Shown here piece after piece: positions 55,293-64,000 of a stretch of DNA of 64,000 nt. The DNA comes from Candidatus Ryanbacteria bacterium CG10_big_fil_rev_8_21_14_0_10_43_42. GTDB taxonomy: Bacteria; Patescibacteriota; Minisyncoccia; Ryanbacterales; 2-02-FULL-48-12. The DNA lies in contig PFEF01000006.1 of assembly GCA_002793915.1 (NCBI GenBank), forward strand, positions 24,697 through 88,696, written 5' to 3'. A model generated the notes under the pieces. That model worked only from the letters and a program-made list of their open reading frames with translations. It did no database searches and had not been told where the DNA came from. Made by a program: the position numbers and the translations under genes. The number at the start of each line of letters is the position of its first letter. Positions within the stretch are counted from its first letter, which is position 1.

Positions 55293-58200
55293 ATGATGGA
55301 TAACGAATTACATACGGAATATCAAGATTTTGACGGTATTGTTCTTCGTCTTGCGTCTCCGGAAAAAATCATGGAGTGGTCGCACGGAGAAGTTACAAAA
55401 CCCGAAACCATTAATTATCGTACCCAGCGACCGGAACGTGATGGGCTTTTTTGTGAGCGTATTTTCGGTCCCGATAAGGATTATGAGTGTTATTGCGGAA
55501 AATATCGTCGCGTGCGGTACAAGGGTATTGTGTGTGATAAATGCGGCGTGGAGGTAACACGTTCTATTGTGCGTCGCGAGCGTATGGGGCATGTTACATT
55601 AGCGGCTCCGGTTTCTCATATTTGGTTTTTGCGTGGCGTGCCGTCAAAAATGAGCCTGCTTCTTGATGTTACCGTAACGGATCTTGAAAAAGTAATTTAC
55701 TTTGCCGGATATATCATTGATTTTGTAAATGAAAAGAGACGCACGGAAGTGCTTTTGGAAATAGATAAAGAATACAAAACAAAACTCAAGGCGGGAGATA
55801 CCGATAAAGAGGCGTTGAAAGAGGCGGCCGATCAGGCAAAATCTGAAGTAAAGAGTTTGCGTTTGTATCAGGTGCTTTCGGAAGTGGAATATTATCGCTT
55901 AAGTATGCGTTTTGCAGATTTATTTACGGCAGATATCGGCGCCGAGGCGCTTCGTAAGATTTGTACGGGTCTTGATCTTGAAGTTATAGAGGAAAATCTC
56001 TCGAAAATAGCTGATGGAACCACTCAACCCCTTGCACGAAAAAAGGTGCTTAAGCGCTTACAACTTGTTCGGTCAATAAAAAATGCGCGTATTCGTCCTG
56101 AATGGATGTTTCTTACCGTTATCCCCATAATACCACCGGCATTAAGGCCTATGGTGGCTCTTGAAGGAGGACGACATGCAACCAGTGATGTGAATGATTT
56201 GTATCGTCGTGTTATTAACCGCAACAATCGGTTAAAACGCCTCTATGATTTAAAAGCACCGGAGGTTATTTGTCGCAACGAAAAGCGTATGTTGCAGGAA
56301 GCGGTTGATGCTCTTATCGATAATTCCATTCGCCGGGGACAGGCCGCGGTTACATCGCAGGCACAGAAGCGCCCGCTTCGTTCGCTTGCGGATATGCTGA
56401 AAGGAAAACAGGGGCGATTTCGCCAAAACTTATTGGGTAAGCGTGTTGATTATTCCGGCCGTTCGGTAATTGTAGTGGGTCCCGAACTTAAACTGCATCA
56501 GTGTGGGCTTCCTAAGCATATGGCTCTTGAATTGTTTCGACCATTTGTTATCCGTAAACTTATTGAACAAGGATTTGCTTATAATATTCGGGGTGCTGGA
56601 CGTCTTATCGAAGAAGCAACGCCGGATGTATGGGCAATTTTGGAAGATGTCATTAAGGGAAAATATGTACTTCTTAATCGGGCGCCTACTTTGCACCGCT
56701 TAGGTATTCAAGCGTTTCAGCCAATGCTTATAGAAGGAAATGCTATGCGTTTGCATCCTTTAGTGTGTGAGGCGTTTAACGCAGATTTCGACGGAGATCA
56801 AATGGCGGTTCATGTGCCTCTTACCGATGAAGCGCAATATGAAGCACGTGAAATTATGGCGGCCGATAAAAACTTGCTAAAGCCCGGAAGCGGAGAATCA
56901 ATCGTGCGTCCCCAGCAGGATATGATTATCGGGTGTTATTGGCTTACACAAATGAATGAGGGTGAAAAAGGAGAGGGTATGATTTTTGCAACGCGCGATG
57001 AGGCGATAAATGCTTATGAAGCCGGCGTTGTTACACTTCAGGCAAAAATACAGGTACGCCTTTCAGATGCACCGGAGCGCACGGAAACAACAATAGGACG
57101 CATTATTTTTAGTGATGTTCTTCCCGAAGGTGTCGCGTTTATCAACGAACAACAGACAAAGAAAAGCCTAAGTGCCCTTACGGGACGCATTATTCGTACG
57201 CTTGGCAGTGCCGCCACAGCTCCTTTCGTTGACCGCATTAAAGTTCTTGGCTTTAAGTACGCCACACGTTCAGGTATTAGCTGGGGTATTGATGATATTC
57301 CCGTACTTACACGAAAGGGGGCAATTATCGAAGAAGCACTCGAGGCGGCAAAAGTGGTGCGGGATCAGTTCGATCGCGGTCTTCTTACCGATAAAGAGCG
57401 CTACAATAAGATAGTTGAAATCTGGAATTCAAAAGTAAAGCCAAAAATTGATGCCGAGGTTCGCGCATCATTGGATAAAAAAGGATCGGTATTTACCATG
57501 GTTAATTCGGCAGCGCGCGGATCATGGGTGCAGGTAAACCAGATGGCGGGCATGAAGGGAATGGTGGTAAATCCGTCCGGACGCATTATTGAGCTTCCTA
57601 TTATTTCAAGTTATAAGGATGGGCTTAATGTGTTGGAGTACTTTATTTCTACACATGGTGCCCGAAAAGGTACGGCAGACACCGCTCTTAAAACAGCCGC
57701 CGCGGGATATCTTACGCGCCGTCTTGTAGATGTTGCACAGGATTTGGTGGTTGTGGAAGATGATTGTAAGGACAGTGACGGAATTATTGTCTATCGCCGT
57801 GATTCAGAGGCGGTAAACAAGAGTTTTTCAACGCGGCTTTTTGGACGCACGATGATTGCCGATGTTATTCATCCGGAAACAAAGGAAAAGATCGCTAAAA
57901 AAGGAGAACTTGTTTCTATTGAAGTCGCGGAAGCTATTGATGCCGCCGGTCTTAAGGAGATACACATGCGCTCGCCTGTCAGTTGTAAAACGCGCCGAGG
58001 TGTTTGCAGTACCTGCTACGGATATGATTTGGGCGCTAATAAGATAGTGGTAAAAGGGGAGGCGGTTGGTATTGTAGCGGCGCAGGCAATTGGAGAGCCG
58101 GGAACACAGCTTACTATGCGTACGTTCCATATCGGGGGTGTTGCCGGAGGTGGAGACATTACTATGGGTCTTCCTCGTGTGGAGGAGGTGTTTGAAATTC

Positions 58201-58952
58201 GCACACCGAAAGCAAAAGCGATTATCTCGGAAGTTACCGGTAGCGTACTTGAAATTATAGAAGAAGGACGTGATCGCATAGTACGTATACTTCCGGATGA
58301 CGACGACGATACGAAGCGTGATACGCGAGAATACACAATACCGTTTGGAAAAGGAGTACTTGTGAAAGTAAATGATGCCGTGCAAAGGGGACAAGCAATT
58401 TCCGACGGCGTGGTGGATACGAAGGAACTTTTCAAGGTTGCGGGTATTGCCGAAGCCCAGAATTATATCATCAGAGAAATTGGAAAAATTTATGCCTTGC
58501 AGGGGTCTCCTATTAGTGAGAAGCATATTGAGGTTATGGTGCGTCAAATGTTCTCACGCGTGCGTATTAAAGAAGTGGGAGATACGACATTTAGTGAAGA
58601 CGCTATCGTGGAGCGTGATCAGTGGCTTGAAGAAAATGATCGCGTAAAAGCGGAGGGTAAGGCTCCCGCAAAGGCGGCACGTCTCCTTATGGGTATTTCA
58701 AAGACAGCGCTTACCATTTCAAGTTTTCTTTCAGCCGCTTCATTCCAGGAAACAACACGCGTTCTCATTAATGCCGCCATCGAAGGACAAAGAGATAATC
58801 TTCGTGGACTTAAGGAAAACGTTATCATTGGCCGTTTGATTCCTGCCGGAACGGGATTTCGCAAGGATGTTCCAAAAGAACATGTTTCTCGAAGGGAAGA
58901 GAAGCAAGGAGAAAAGATGGAAAAAGTAATCGAGCAGAAAATAATTGTTTAA
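55293..58952 (+). CDS. rpoC: DNA-directed RNA polymerase subunit beta'
   Basis: Zn finger [35 protein letters not shown] catalytic loop. 1219 aa. Confidence 0.97.
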   Translation: MMDNELHTEYQDFDGIVLRLASPEKIMEWSHGEVTKPETINYRTQRPERDGLFCERIFGPDKDYECYCGKYRRVRYKGIVCDKCGVEVTRSIVRRERMGHVTLAAPVSHIWFLRGVPSKMSLLLDVTVTDLEKVIYFAGYIIDFVNEKRRTEVLLEIDKEYKTKLKAGDTDKEALKEAADQAKSEVKSLRLYQVLSEVEYYRLSMRFADLFTADIGAEALRKICTGLDLEVIEENLSKIADGTTQPLARKKVLKRLQLVRSIKNARIRPEWMFLTVIPIIPPALRPMVALEGGRHATSDVNDLYRRVINRNNRLKRLYDLKAPEVICRNEKRMLQEAVDALIDNSIRRGQAAVTSQAQKRPLRSLADMLKGKQGRFRQNLLGKRVDYSGRSVIVVGPELKLHQCGLPKHMALELFRPFVIRKLIEQGFAYNIRGAGRLIEEATPDVWAILEDVIKGKYVLLNRAPTLHRLGIQAFQPMLIEGNAMRLHPLVCEAFNADFDGDQMAVHVPLTDEAQYEAREIMAADKNLLKPGSGESIVRPQQDMIIGCYWLTQMNEGEKGEGMIFATRDEAINAYEAGVVTLQAKIQVRLSDAPERTETTIGRIIFSDVLPEGVAFINEQQTKKSLSALTGRIIRTLGSAATAPFVDRIKVLGFKYATRSGISWGIDDIPVLTRKGAIIEEALEAAKVVRDQFDRGLLTDKERYNKIVEIWNSKVKPKIDAEVRASLDKKGSVFTMVNSAARGSWVQVNQMAGMKGMVVNPSGRIIELPIISSYKDGLNVLEYFISTHGARKGTADTALKTAAAGYLTRRLVDVAQDLVVVEDDCKDSDGIIVYRRDSEAVNKSFSTRLFGRTMIADVIHPETKEKIAKKGELVSIEVAEAIDAAGLKEIHMRSPVSCKTRRGVCSTCYGYDLGANKIVVKGEAVGIVAAQAIGEPGTQLTMRTFHIGGVAGGGDITMGLPRVEEVFEIRTPKAKAIISEVTGSVLEIIEEGRDRIVRILPDDDDDTKRDTREYTIPFGKGVLVKVNDAVQRGQAISDGVVDTKELFKVAGIAEAQNYIIREIGKIYALQGSPISEKHIEVMVRQMFSRVRIKEVGDTTFSEDAIVERDQWLEENDRVKAEGKAPAKAARLLMGISKTALTISSFLSAASFQETTRVLINAAIEGQRDNLRGLKENVIIGRLIPAGTGFRKDVPKEHVSRREEKQGEKMEKVIEQKIIV

Positions 58953-58966
58953 AACAGAGATATAAT

Positions 58967-58999
58967 AAAAAGCCCGGGAGTGTATACCGGGCTTTTTAT
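58967..58999 (+). terminator. rho-independent terminator after rpoBC
   Basis: aaaaagcccgggagtgtataccgggcttttt. Confidence 0.85.
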
Positions 59000-59041
59000 T
59001 TTTATGTGTATGGTTATACAATAGTGAGAGGAGGTATGTTT

Positions 59042-59296
59042 ATGAGTGCACATGTTATTTTTTTGAAAAAAGAACGCCGAAAGCGGAATATAAGAGAGAT
59101 GGAAAGGTATGTGCCGATATGGATTTTGGCGATTGCGCTTGAATTTGCTCTTATCCTCATTCCCAGCTTTGCCATCATTTTTTCATGGACAATCCTTATT
59201 GTAGGGTTATGTTCAGGAAGTGTCTTTTTAATGCGGTATATATGGGTGTGTTGTAATAATAAAGGGTATTATGCACGCTCTCCCCACACAGGGTGA
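59042..59296 (+). CDS. small 2-TM membrane protein
   Basis: SD gagaggaggtatgtttATG (second ATG chosen for spacing). VPIWILAIALEFALILIPSFAIIFSWTILIVGL hydrophobic core. Confidence 0.45.
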   Translation: MSAHVIFLKKERRKRNIREMERYVPIWILAIALEFALILIPSFAIIFSWTILIVGLCSGSVFLMRYIWVCCNNKGYYARSPHTG

Positions 59297-59354
59297 ATGT
59301 TCGGAAGCTTCCCTTCCGATTTTTTGTTTGTGGGTGAGTATTTTTGTATAATAG

Positions 59355-61589
59355 ATGGATATGGCAAAAACAAAAAATGGTAAGAAAAAATCGCGGAAAG
59401 AGAGCGAAGAAGAATTCGAAGAAGATCGCCGCCGATGGCATGATGATTTGCGCCCTGATACAAAAAAATCGGTCTGGGCGGTTCTTTCCTTTTCCGTTAT
59501 GGGGCTTTTGACGCTTGCATGGTTTGGAAAGGCCGGTGCTATCGGATCGGTTATCTTTTCAGTGCTTACATTATTATTCGGAAAAGCATTTTTTTTGGTT
59601 CCCCTAGCATTCTTTTTTGTGGGACTTTCTCTTGTTCTTGGTATGCGCGAGCGTATTTTTGCCGGTACATTTTTTGGAGGTTTTTTATTTTTGGTAAGCA
59701 TGCTTGGTATCGTTGACATTCTTATCGAGCCGCGGACGGCAGGATATGTAGGATTTGGTATTGCTTATTTCCCCCTTCAATTATTTGATGTTGTGGCAAG
59801 TGTTCTTATTTTTGGGACATTCTTAATAATTTCATTTCTTCTCATGTTTAATTTCTCGTTCATTCCGCGAGCAAAAGAAGCTATTGAAGATATGATGGAT
59901 GGTAACGAAGAAGATACTGCCGGAACAACGATCGACGAAAAAGAAAAACAGGGTATGTTTGCTCATATAAAAACGATGGTTGGCATGAAAAATGAAGGAG
60001 AAGAAAGGGGTGCTGAAGAGGAGAATGAAAATAATTTTTCGGCGGAGGAAGATAAAAATAGTATGGAATCCGTTACGGAGCCAAGTACGAATGATGCTCC
60101 CTTGGAAGGGAAACGTATGGTTTCTTCCCGTAATGTTCCGTCCACTTATGTGCCGCCGCCGCTCTCAATTTTAGAGGGGGATAGAGGGAAGCCGTCATCG
60201 GGAGATATTCGGGCAAATGCAAATATTATTCAGCGAACACTTCAGAATTTCGGTATTGATGTAGACATGGGGGAAATTAGCGTAGGTCCGTCCATTACTC
60301 AATATACGCTAAAGCCGGCAGAGGGCGTTAAGCTGTCTCGTATCACAAATTTGGCAAGTAACCTGGGTCTTGCATTAGCGGCTCATCCGCTTCGTATTGA
60401 GGCACCCATTCCCGGGCGGGCGCTTGTGGGCATTGAGGTGCCAAATAAATCAATTGCATTTGTGGGGTTAAAAAATCTCCTCACCGAATTTAAAGAACGT
60501 AAAGCCGAAAGTGTTTTAGGGTTCGCGTTGGGTCGTGATGTTACCGGACAGCCCGTATTCGTGGATCTTGCGCGTGCTCCTCATATGTTGGTGGCAGGAT
60601 CAACCGGTTCCGGAAAATCAGTCAGTATTCATGCGCTTATTTTGGGATTGTTATTTACAAAGCCGCCTGAACAGTTGCGTTTTTTAATGATTGATCCAAA
60701 ACGTGTTGAGCTTTCTTATTATAACGGCATCCCTCATCTTATAACGCCGGTAGTGGTAGAAGCCAAAAAAGCTATTCAAGCCCTTAAATGGGCGGTAAAA
60801 GAAATGGAACGGCGGTATGAGCAATTGCAGGCGGCGGGGGCTCGCGATATTATATCATACAACAACGATGACACTAACGAGGATATGATGCCATATCTGG
60901 TGATTGTTGTGGATGAACTTGCCGATTTAATGACATCATATCCTCGTGAGGTGGAAGCATCTATCGTACGCATTGCCCAAATGGCGCGCGCCGTCGGTAT
61001 TCATTTAGTGGTGTCTACACAAAGACCATCCGTAGAGGTTATTACCGGACTCATTAAGGCAAATATTACAACGCGTATGGCTCTTCAGGTGGCGTCTCAG
61101 ATTGATTCCCGTACCATTCTTGACATGGCGGGGGCGGAAAAATTGCTCGGAAAGGGAGATATGTTGTATTTATCGGGTGATACGTCAAAACCGGGGCGTG
61201 TACAGGGAGTATTCGTATCGGAGCAGGAAGTGAAACGAGCAACGGCATATTTAAAAAATATCAAAGAAGAATCCGATAAGGATTTCGAAGAAGATATTTT
61301 TACGGTTGAACAGGGTAGTGGTCTAGGAAGGGAGAATGGCGAAGAGGATGATGAATTATATGAGGATGCGCGAATTCTTGTTATAGAATCCGGCAAAGCG
61401 TCCACATCATTTCTTCAGCGCCGGCTTCGATTAGGGTATGCGCGTGCCGCACGATTAGTTGATATGCTAGAGGAGCGTGGTGTGGTGGGTCCCGGAGATG
61501 GTGCGAAGCCGCGGGATGTTCTGGTGCGCCGGGATGAAGACGACGGATTCGGTCGTGATGAGAAAGATGCTGTTTCGGAAGACGAATAA
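59355..61589 (+). CDS. ftsK: DNA translocase FtsK/SpoIIIE
   Basis: N-terminal 4-5 TM, linker, motor domain (VAGSTGSGKSV Walker A, VVVDELADLM Walker B), C-terminal gamma winged-helix (SFLQRRLRLGYARAARLVDMLEERG). Confidence 0.95.
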   Translation: MDMAKTKNGKKKSRKESEEEFEEDRRRWHDDLRPDTKKSVWAVLSFSVMGLLTLAWFGKAGAIGSVIFSVLTLLFGKAFFLVPLAFFFVGLSLVLGMRERIFAGTFFGGFLFLVSMLGIVDILIEPRTAGYVGFGIAYFPLQLFDVVASVLIFGTFLIISFLLMFNFSFIPRAKEAIEDMMDGNEEDTAGTTIDEKEKQGMFAHIKTMVGMKNEGEERGAEEENENNFSAEEDKNSMESVTEPSTNDAPLEGKRMVSSRNVPSTYVPPPLSILEGDRGKPSSGDIRANANIIQRTLQNFGIDVDMGEISVGPSITQYTLKPAEGVKLSRITNLASNLGLALAAHPLRIEAPIPGRALVGIEVPNKSIAFVGLKNLLTEFKERKAESVLGFALGRDVTGQPVFVDLARAPHMLVAGSTGSGKSVSIHALILGLLFTKPPEQLRFLMIDPKRVELSYYNGIPHLITPVVVEAKKAIQALKWAVKEMERRYEQLQAAGARDIISYNNDDTNEDMMPYLVIVVDELADLMTSYPREVEASIVRIAQMARAVGIHLVVSTQRPSVEVITGLIKANITTRMALQVASQIDSRTILDMAGAEKLLGKGDMLYLSGDTSKPGRVQGVFVSEQEVKRATAYLKNIKEESDKDFEEDIFTVEQGSGLGRENGEEDDELYEDARILVIESGKASTSFLQRRLRLGYARAARLVDMLEERGVVGPGDGAKPRDVLVRRDEDDGFGRDEKDAVSEDE

Positions 61590-61594
61590 TAGTT

Positions 61595-61993
61595 ATGATT
61601 ACCTTACCCGATACCGCGTATGTGCGAGAAATAAAGCGTCTTCAAAACCGGCGAGGTGTTCGTATGGTACTCATTGGGTTTGTATTTGTTCTTGCTGTTA
61701 TATATATGGTTTTTCAAACACGGGATTGGGTTTTGCGTCCGGATCTTTATCTTGATAGTCCGAGAGACGGAGAGACATTCTCTGAAACGCAGATTACGGT
61801 ATCCGGAAGAGTTACCCCCGGTGTACAGTTGACCATAAACGGCCTTGAAGCGTATAGTGACGAGACAGGACTTTATGCGACGGATCTATTATTACCGGCA
61901 GGAGTACATACTATAGAGGTTGTAGCGCGAAATAGATTTGGACGAACGCGGTCTATTATGCGTCAGATCGTTATCACCGCTCCCGTATTATAA
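61595..61993 (+). CDS. membrane-anchored protein with Ig-like (Big-type) beta-sandwich domain
   Basis: One TM (MVLIGFVFVLAVIYMVF) then ~80-aa beta-rich domain (ITVSGRVTPGVQLTINGLEAY...GVHTIEVVARN). Directly after ftsK. Confidence 0.45.
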   Translation: MITLPDTAYVREIKRLQNRRGVRMVLIGFVFVLAVIYMVFQTRDWVLRPDLYLDSPRDGETFSETQITVSGRVTPGVQLTINGLEAYSDETGLYATDLLLPAGVHTIEVVARNRFGRTRSIMRQIVITAPVL

Positions 61994-62010
61994 GTATAAA
62001 GATATAAACT

Positions 62011-63066
62011 ATGCCGAAAAAAGCCGCAAAAACATCCATCAGCCAGCGAAATAAAGAGAGAGAAATGGCGGGGGGAAAGAAGGGGGGACTTATCGAAGAC
62101 GTGGTAAAAGATATTCAGGCGCGTTATGGAGAGGGAGCAATTATGCGTTTGGGAGGTGTTCAAAAAGTCGATGTGGAAGTGGTTCCCACTGGGTCATTGG
62201 CACTCGATGCCTCACTTGGTGTAGGCGGTATTCCTAAAGGACGTATTGTAGAAATTTACGGACCGGAGTCTTCCGGAAAAACAACGTTAACATTGCATAT
62301 TGTTGCTAATGCGCAAAAAAGAGGAGGTACGTGTGCATTTATAGATGCTGAACATGCATTGGATCCGGAGTACGCACGCCGTATTGGTGTTCAGATTAAT
62401 GATCTGTTAATTTCCCAGCCGGATTCCGGCGAGCAGGCTCTCGAAATTGTAGAGAGTTTGGTGCGCACGGGCGGTATGGATATTATAGTAATCGATTCCG
62501 TTGCCGCCCTAACGCCACGCGCCGAAATAGAAGGAGACATGGGACAGCAACATGTTGGCCTGCAGGCACGGCTCATGTCGCATGCGCTTCGAAAACTCAC
62601 ATCTATTGTCGCCAAAACACATACAACTATTATATTTACCAACCAGATTCGTATGCAAATAGGTATGATGTACGGAAACCCGGAAACCACTCCCGGTGGA
62701 AAAGCACTTAAGTTTTATGCATCTGTTCGTATTGAAATTCGTCGGGCGGCAAAAATTCAGAAAGGAGACGATGTGGTGGGGAGTCGCACGAAAGCAAAAA
62801 TTGTAAAAAATAAGGTAGCGGCACCCTTTAAAACGGCCGAGTTCGATATTATGTACAACGAAGGTATTTCTCGTGAAGGTGATATAATTAATTTGGGAGA
62901 AAAGTACGGATTTGTTAAAAAAGCAGGCGCTTCCTATTCGTATGGGGAAATTAAGATTGGGGTTGGTATGGATAAGGCAAAGCAATTTCTTAAGGATAAC
63001 CCTGAAATTACTAATGAAATTGAGAAAAAGATACAGCAAACAATGCAGGATAATAAGGTGGTATAG
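62011..63066 (+). CDS. recA: recombinase RecA
   Basis: [12 protein letters not shown] Walker [11 protein letters not shown]2 loop. ~25-aa Lys-rich N-terminal extension. Confidence 0.97.
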   Translation: MPKKAAKTSISQRNKEREMAGGKKGGLIEDVVKDIQARYGEGAIMRLGGVQKVDVEVVPTGSLALDASLGVGGIPKGRIVEIYGPESSGKTTLTLHIVANAQKRGGTCAFIDAEHALDPEYARRIGVQINDLLISQPDSGEQALEIVESLVRTGGMDIIVIDSVAALTPRAEIEGDMGQQHVGLQARLMSHALRKLTSIVAKTHTTIIFTNQIRMQIGMMYGNPETTPGGKALKFYASVRIEIRRAAKIQKGDDVVGSRTKAKIVKNKVAAPFKTAEFDIMYNEGISREGDIINLGEKYGFVKKAGASYSYGEIKIGVGMDKAKQFLKDNPEITNEIEKKIQQTMQDNKVV

Positions 63067-63096
63067 TAACTACGAAGAATAAAGATATGGCAACAT

Positions 63097-63122
63097 AAAA
63101 ACTCGCTAGAGCGAGTTTTTAT
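63097..63122. terminator. bidirectional terminator between recA (+) and rpsR (-)
   Basis: aaaaactcgctagagcgagttttt. Confidence 0.75.
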
Positions 63123-63147
63123 GTTTGGTTACAACAAGTTATATGTA

Positions 63148-63348
63148 TTACCGCAATGTAAACGGCAAAAGAGCCAGATGACGTGCATGCTTAATGGCTT
63201 TTGTGAGCTGTCGTTGGCACGAAGCACATGTTCCGGTGCGCTTTCCGGAAAGAATACGTGCTTGCGTGGTAATAAACTTCCGAAGTAGGTCGGAATTTTT
63301 ATAGTCAATTATCTTTATATTATTTACACAAAAGTGACACTGTTTCAT
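63148..63348 (-). CDS. rpsR: 30S ribosomal protein S18
   Basis: [63 protein letters not shown]-track ORF extends to 63441; internal Met (MKQCHF) gives canonical length. Confidence 0.85.
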   Translation of the reverse strand: MKQCHFCVNNIKIIDYKNSDLLRKFITTQARILSGKRTGTCASCQRQLTKAIKHARHLALLPFTLR

Positions 63349-63514
63349 TTTTTCGATACTTATTGCTAAATAGTTGTGGGAAGCTTGAAATGGATTTAAT
63401 TCGAAGCGTGCCGTGAAGCGTGAGTGAGCCGTATTGAACATACGGAGAACGAGTATTGGAACAAGTAACGAAGAAGTAAGTTCATTTCGGGCTTCCTCTT
63501 GCTATTGTCGATGA

Positions 63515-63967
63515 CTAAAATGGGATTTCGTTGGGGTCTATATCATCCTCTGCCGGATATTCCACTGTCGCCACGTTTTCCTCCTCTGTTGGTTGTTGGT
63601 CTGCGGGTCGAGAAGCTGTATGTGCGGCAGTACCTCCACCGCTACGCGGTCCCATCTGCATGTTTTCCGCAACAATTTCGGTGCGATATCGTTTACTACC
63701 ATCTTGTCCGTCCCATGATCGTGTCTGCAGGCGTCCTTCAATACATACAATCTGACCTTTTTTTAAGTATTGTCCGGCAACTTCCGCCTGTCGTCCGAAA
63801 AGAACAATATTATGAAATTCTGTTTGCTCTTGCTTCTGTCCCTGGCGGTCATTCCATCGCCGATTGGTGGCAATGCCGAGAGTTGCAAGTGTTTGTCCGG
63901 ATGGGAGTGCTTTTATTTCCGGATCCCTTGTAATATTTCCAACAATAATTACTTTGTTTACATTCAT
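63515..63967 (-). CDS. ssb: single-stranded DNA-binding protein
   Basis: OB fold (VIIVGNITRDPEIK...FHNIVLFGRQAE) and acidic C-terminal tail ending DPNEIPF. Confidence 0.9.
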   Translation of the reverse strand: MNVNKVIIVGNITRDPEIKALPSGQTLATLGIATNRRWNDRQGQKQEQTEFHNIVLFGRQAEVAGQYLKKGQIVCIEGRLQTRSWDGQDGSKRYRTEIVAENMQMGPRSGGGTAAHTASRPADQQPTEEENVATVEYPAEDDIDPNEIPF

Positions 63968-64000
63968 TATCTCATGGGTAGCGTAATGGGAAAGTTTATG

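Noticed and set aside
52215-58864. Numerous 60-240-aa ORFs on the minus strand and in alternative plus frames inside rpoB/rpoC
   Set aside because: They lie entirely within the well-supported, conserved RNA polymerase reading frames and lack SDs, so they are frame-shadow ORFs.

Overview
This 64-kb window of a low-GC, compact genome holds about 75 genes, mostly in the same direction with short spacers, strong AGGAGG-type ribosome-binding sites and many rho-independent terminators. No rRNA, tRNA or CRISPR array was found. The overall style (type IV pilin, lamin-tail-domain secreted protein, short RpoB, many small hypotheticals) gives a Patescibacteria/CPR-like impression, but that is inference only.

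Most of the window is housekeeping and reads with high confidence:
- Transcription and recombination: rpoB-rpoC, recA, ftsK, the ssb-rpsR pair, and xseA-xseB.
- tRNA/rRNA and translation factors: tgt-truB, typA/bipA, a cold-shock protein and a DEAD-box helicase.
- Fe-S cluster assembly: a sufB-sufD-sufS-sufU-sufC-sufT operon.
- dTTP supply module: tmk / thyA-folA-dut, plus a two-domain dCTP-deaminase-like gene.
- Oxidative pentose-phosphate block: zwf-gnd-pgi-ROK glucokinase, with pgl elsewhere in the window.
- Efflux and membrane: a MacAB-like adaptor/ATPase/permease set, an ABC exporter, a fatty-acid desaturase, SPFH, DedA, DoxX and a Na/Ca exchanger.
- Other: a GH15 glycosidase, a SET-domain protein and a GspG-like pseudopilin.

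The part most worth a second look is an accessory stretch at roughly 43.7-48.0 kb. It contains a stand-alone NusG-paralog gene and a visibly G+C-richer DAHP synthase whose codon usage differs from its neighbours. That synthase sits behind a textbook promoter, a long leader with a 19-bp AT-rich palindrome and a 37-codon upstream ORF that is rich in tryptophan (WW) codons, and is co-transcribed with a small Cys-rich ORF. After a roughly 330-nt non-coding spacer comes an operon-like set of four tightly coupled small ORFs (63/150/121/108 aa) with no family I can assign.

Other signals of note:
- A candidate ~140-nt small RNA on the minus strand between the LTD gene and tgt, with promoter, an 18-bp stem and a terminator.
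- Two perfect DnaA boxes upstream of rpoB.
- An HRDC domain fused to the N-terminus of XseA.
- An N-terminal RGG tail on the DEAD-box helicase.
- A strong promoter driving a 47-aa hydrophobic peptide.
- Several small Cys-rich or repeat peptides.
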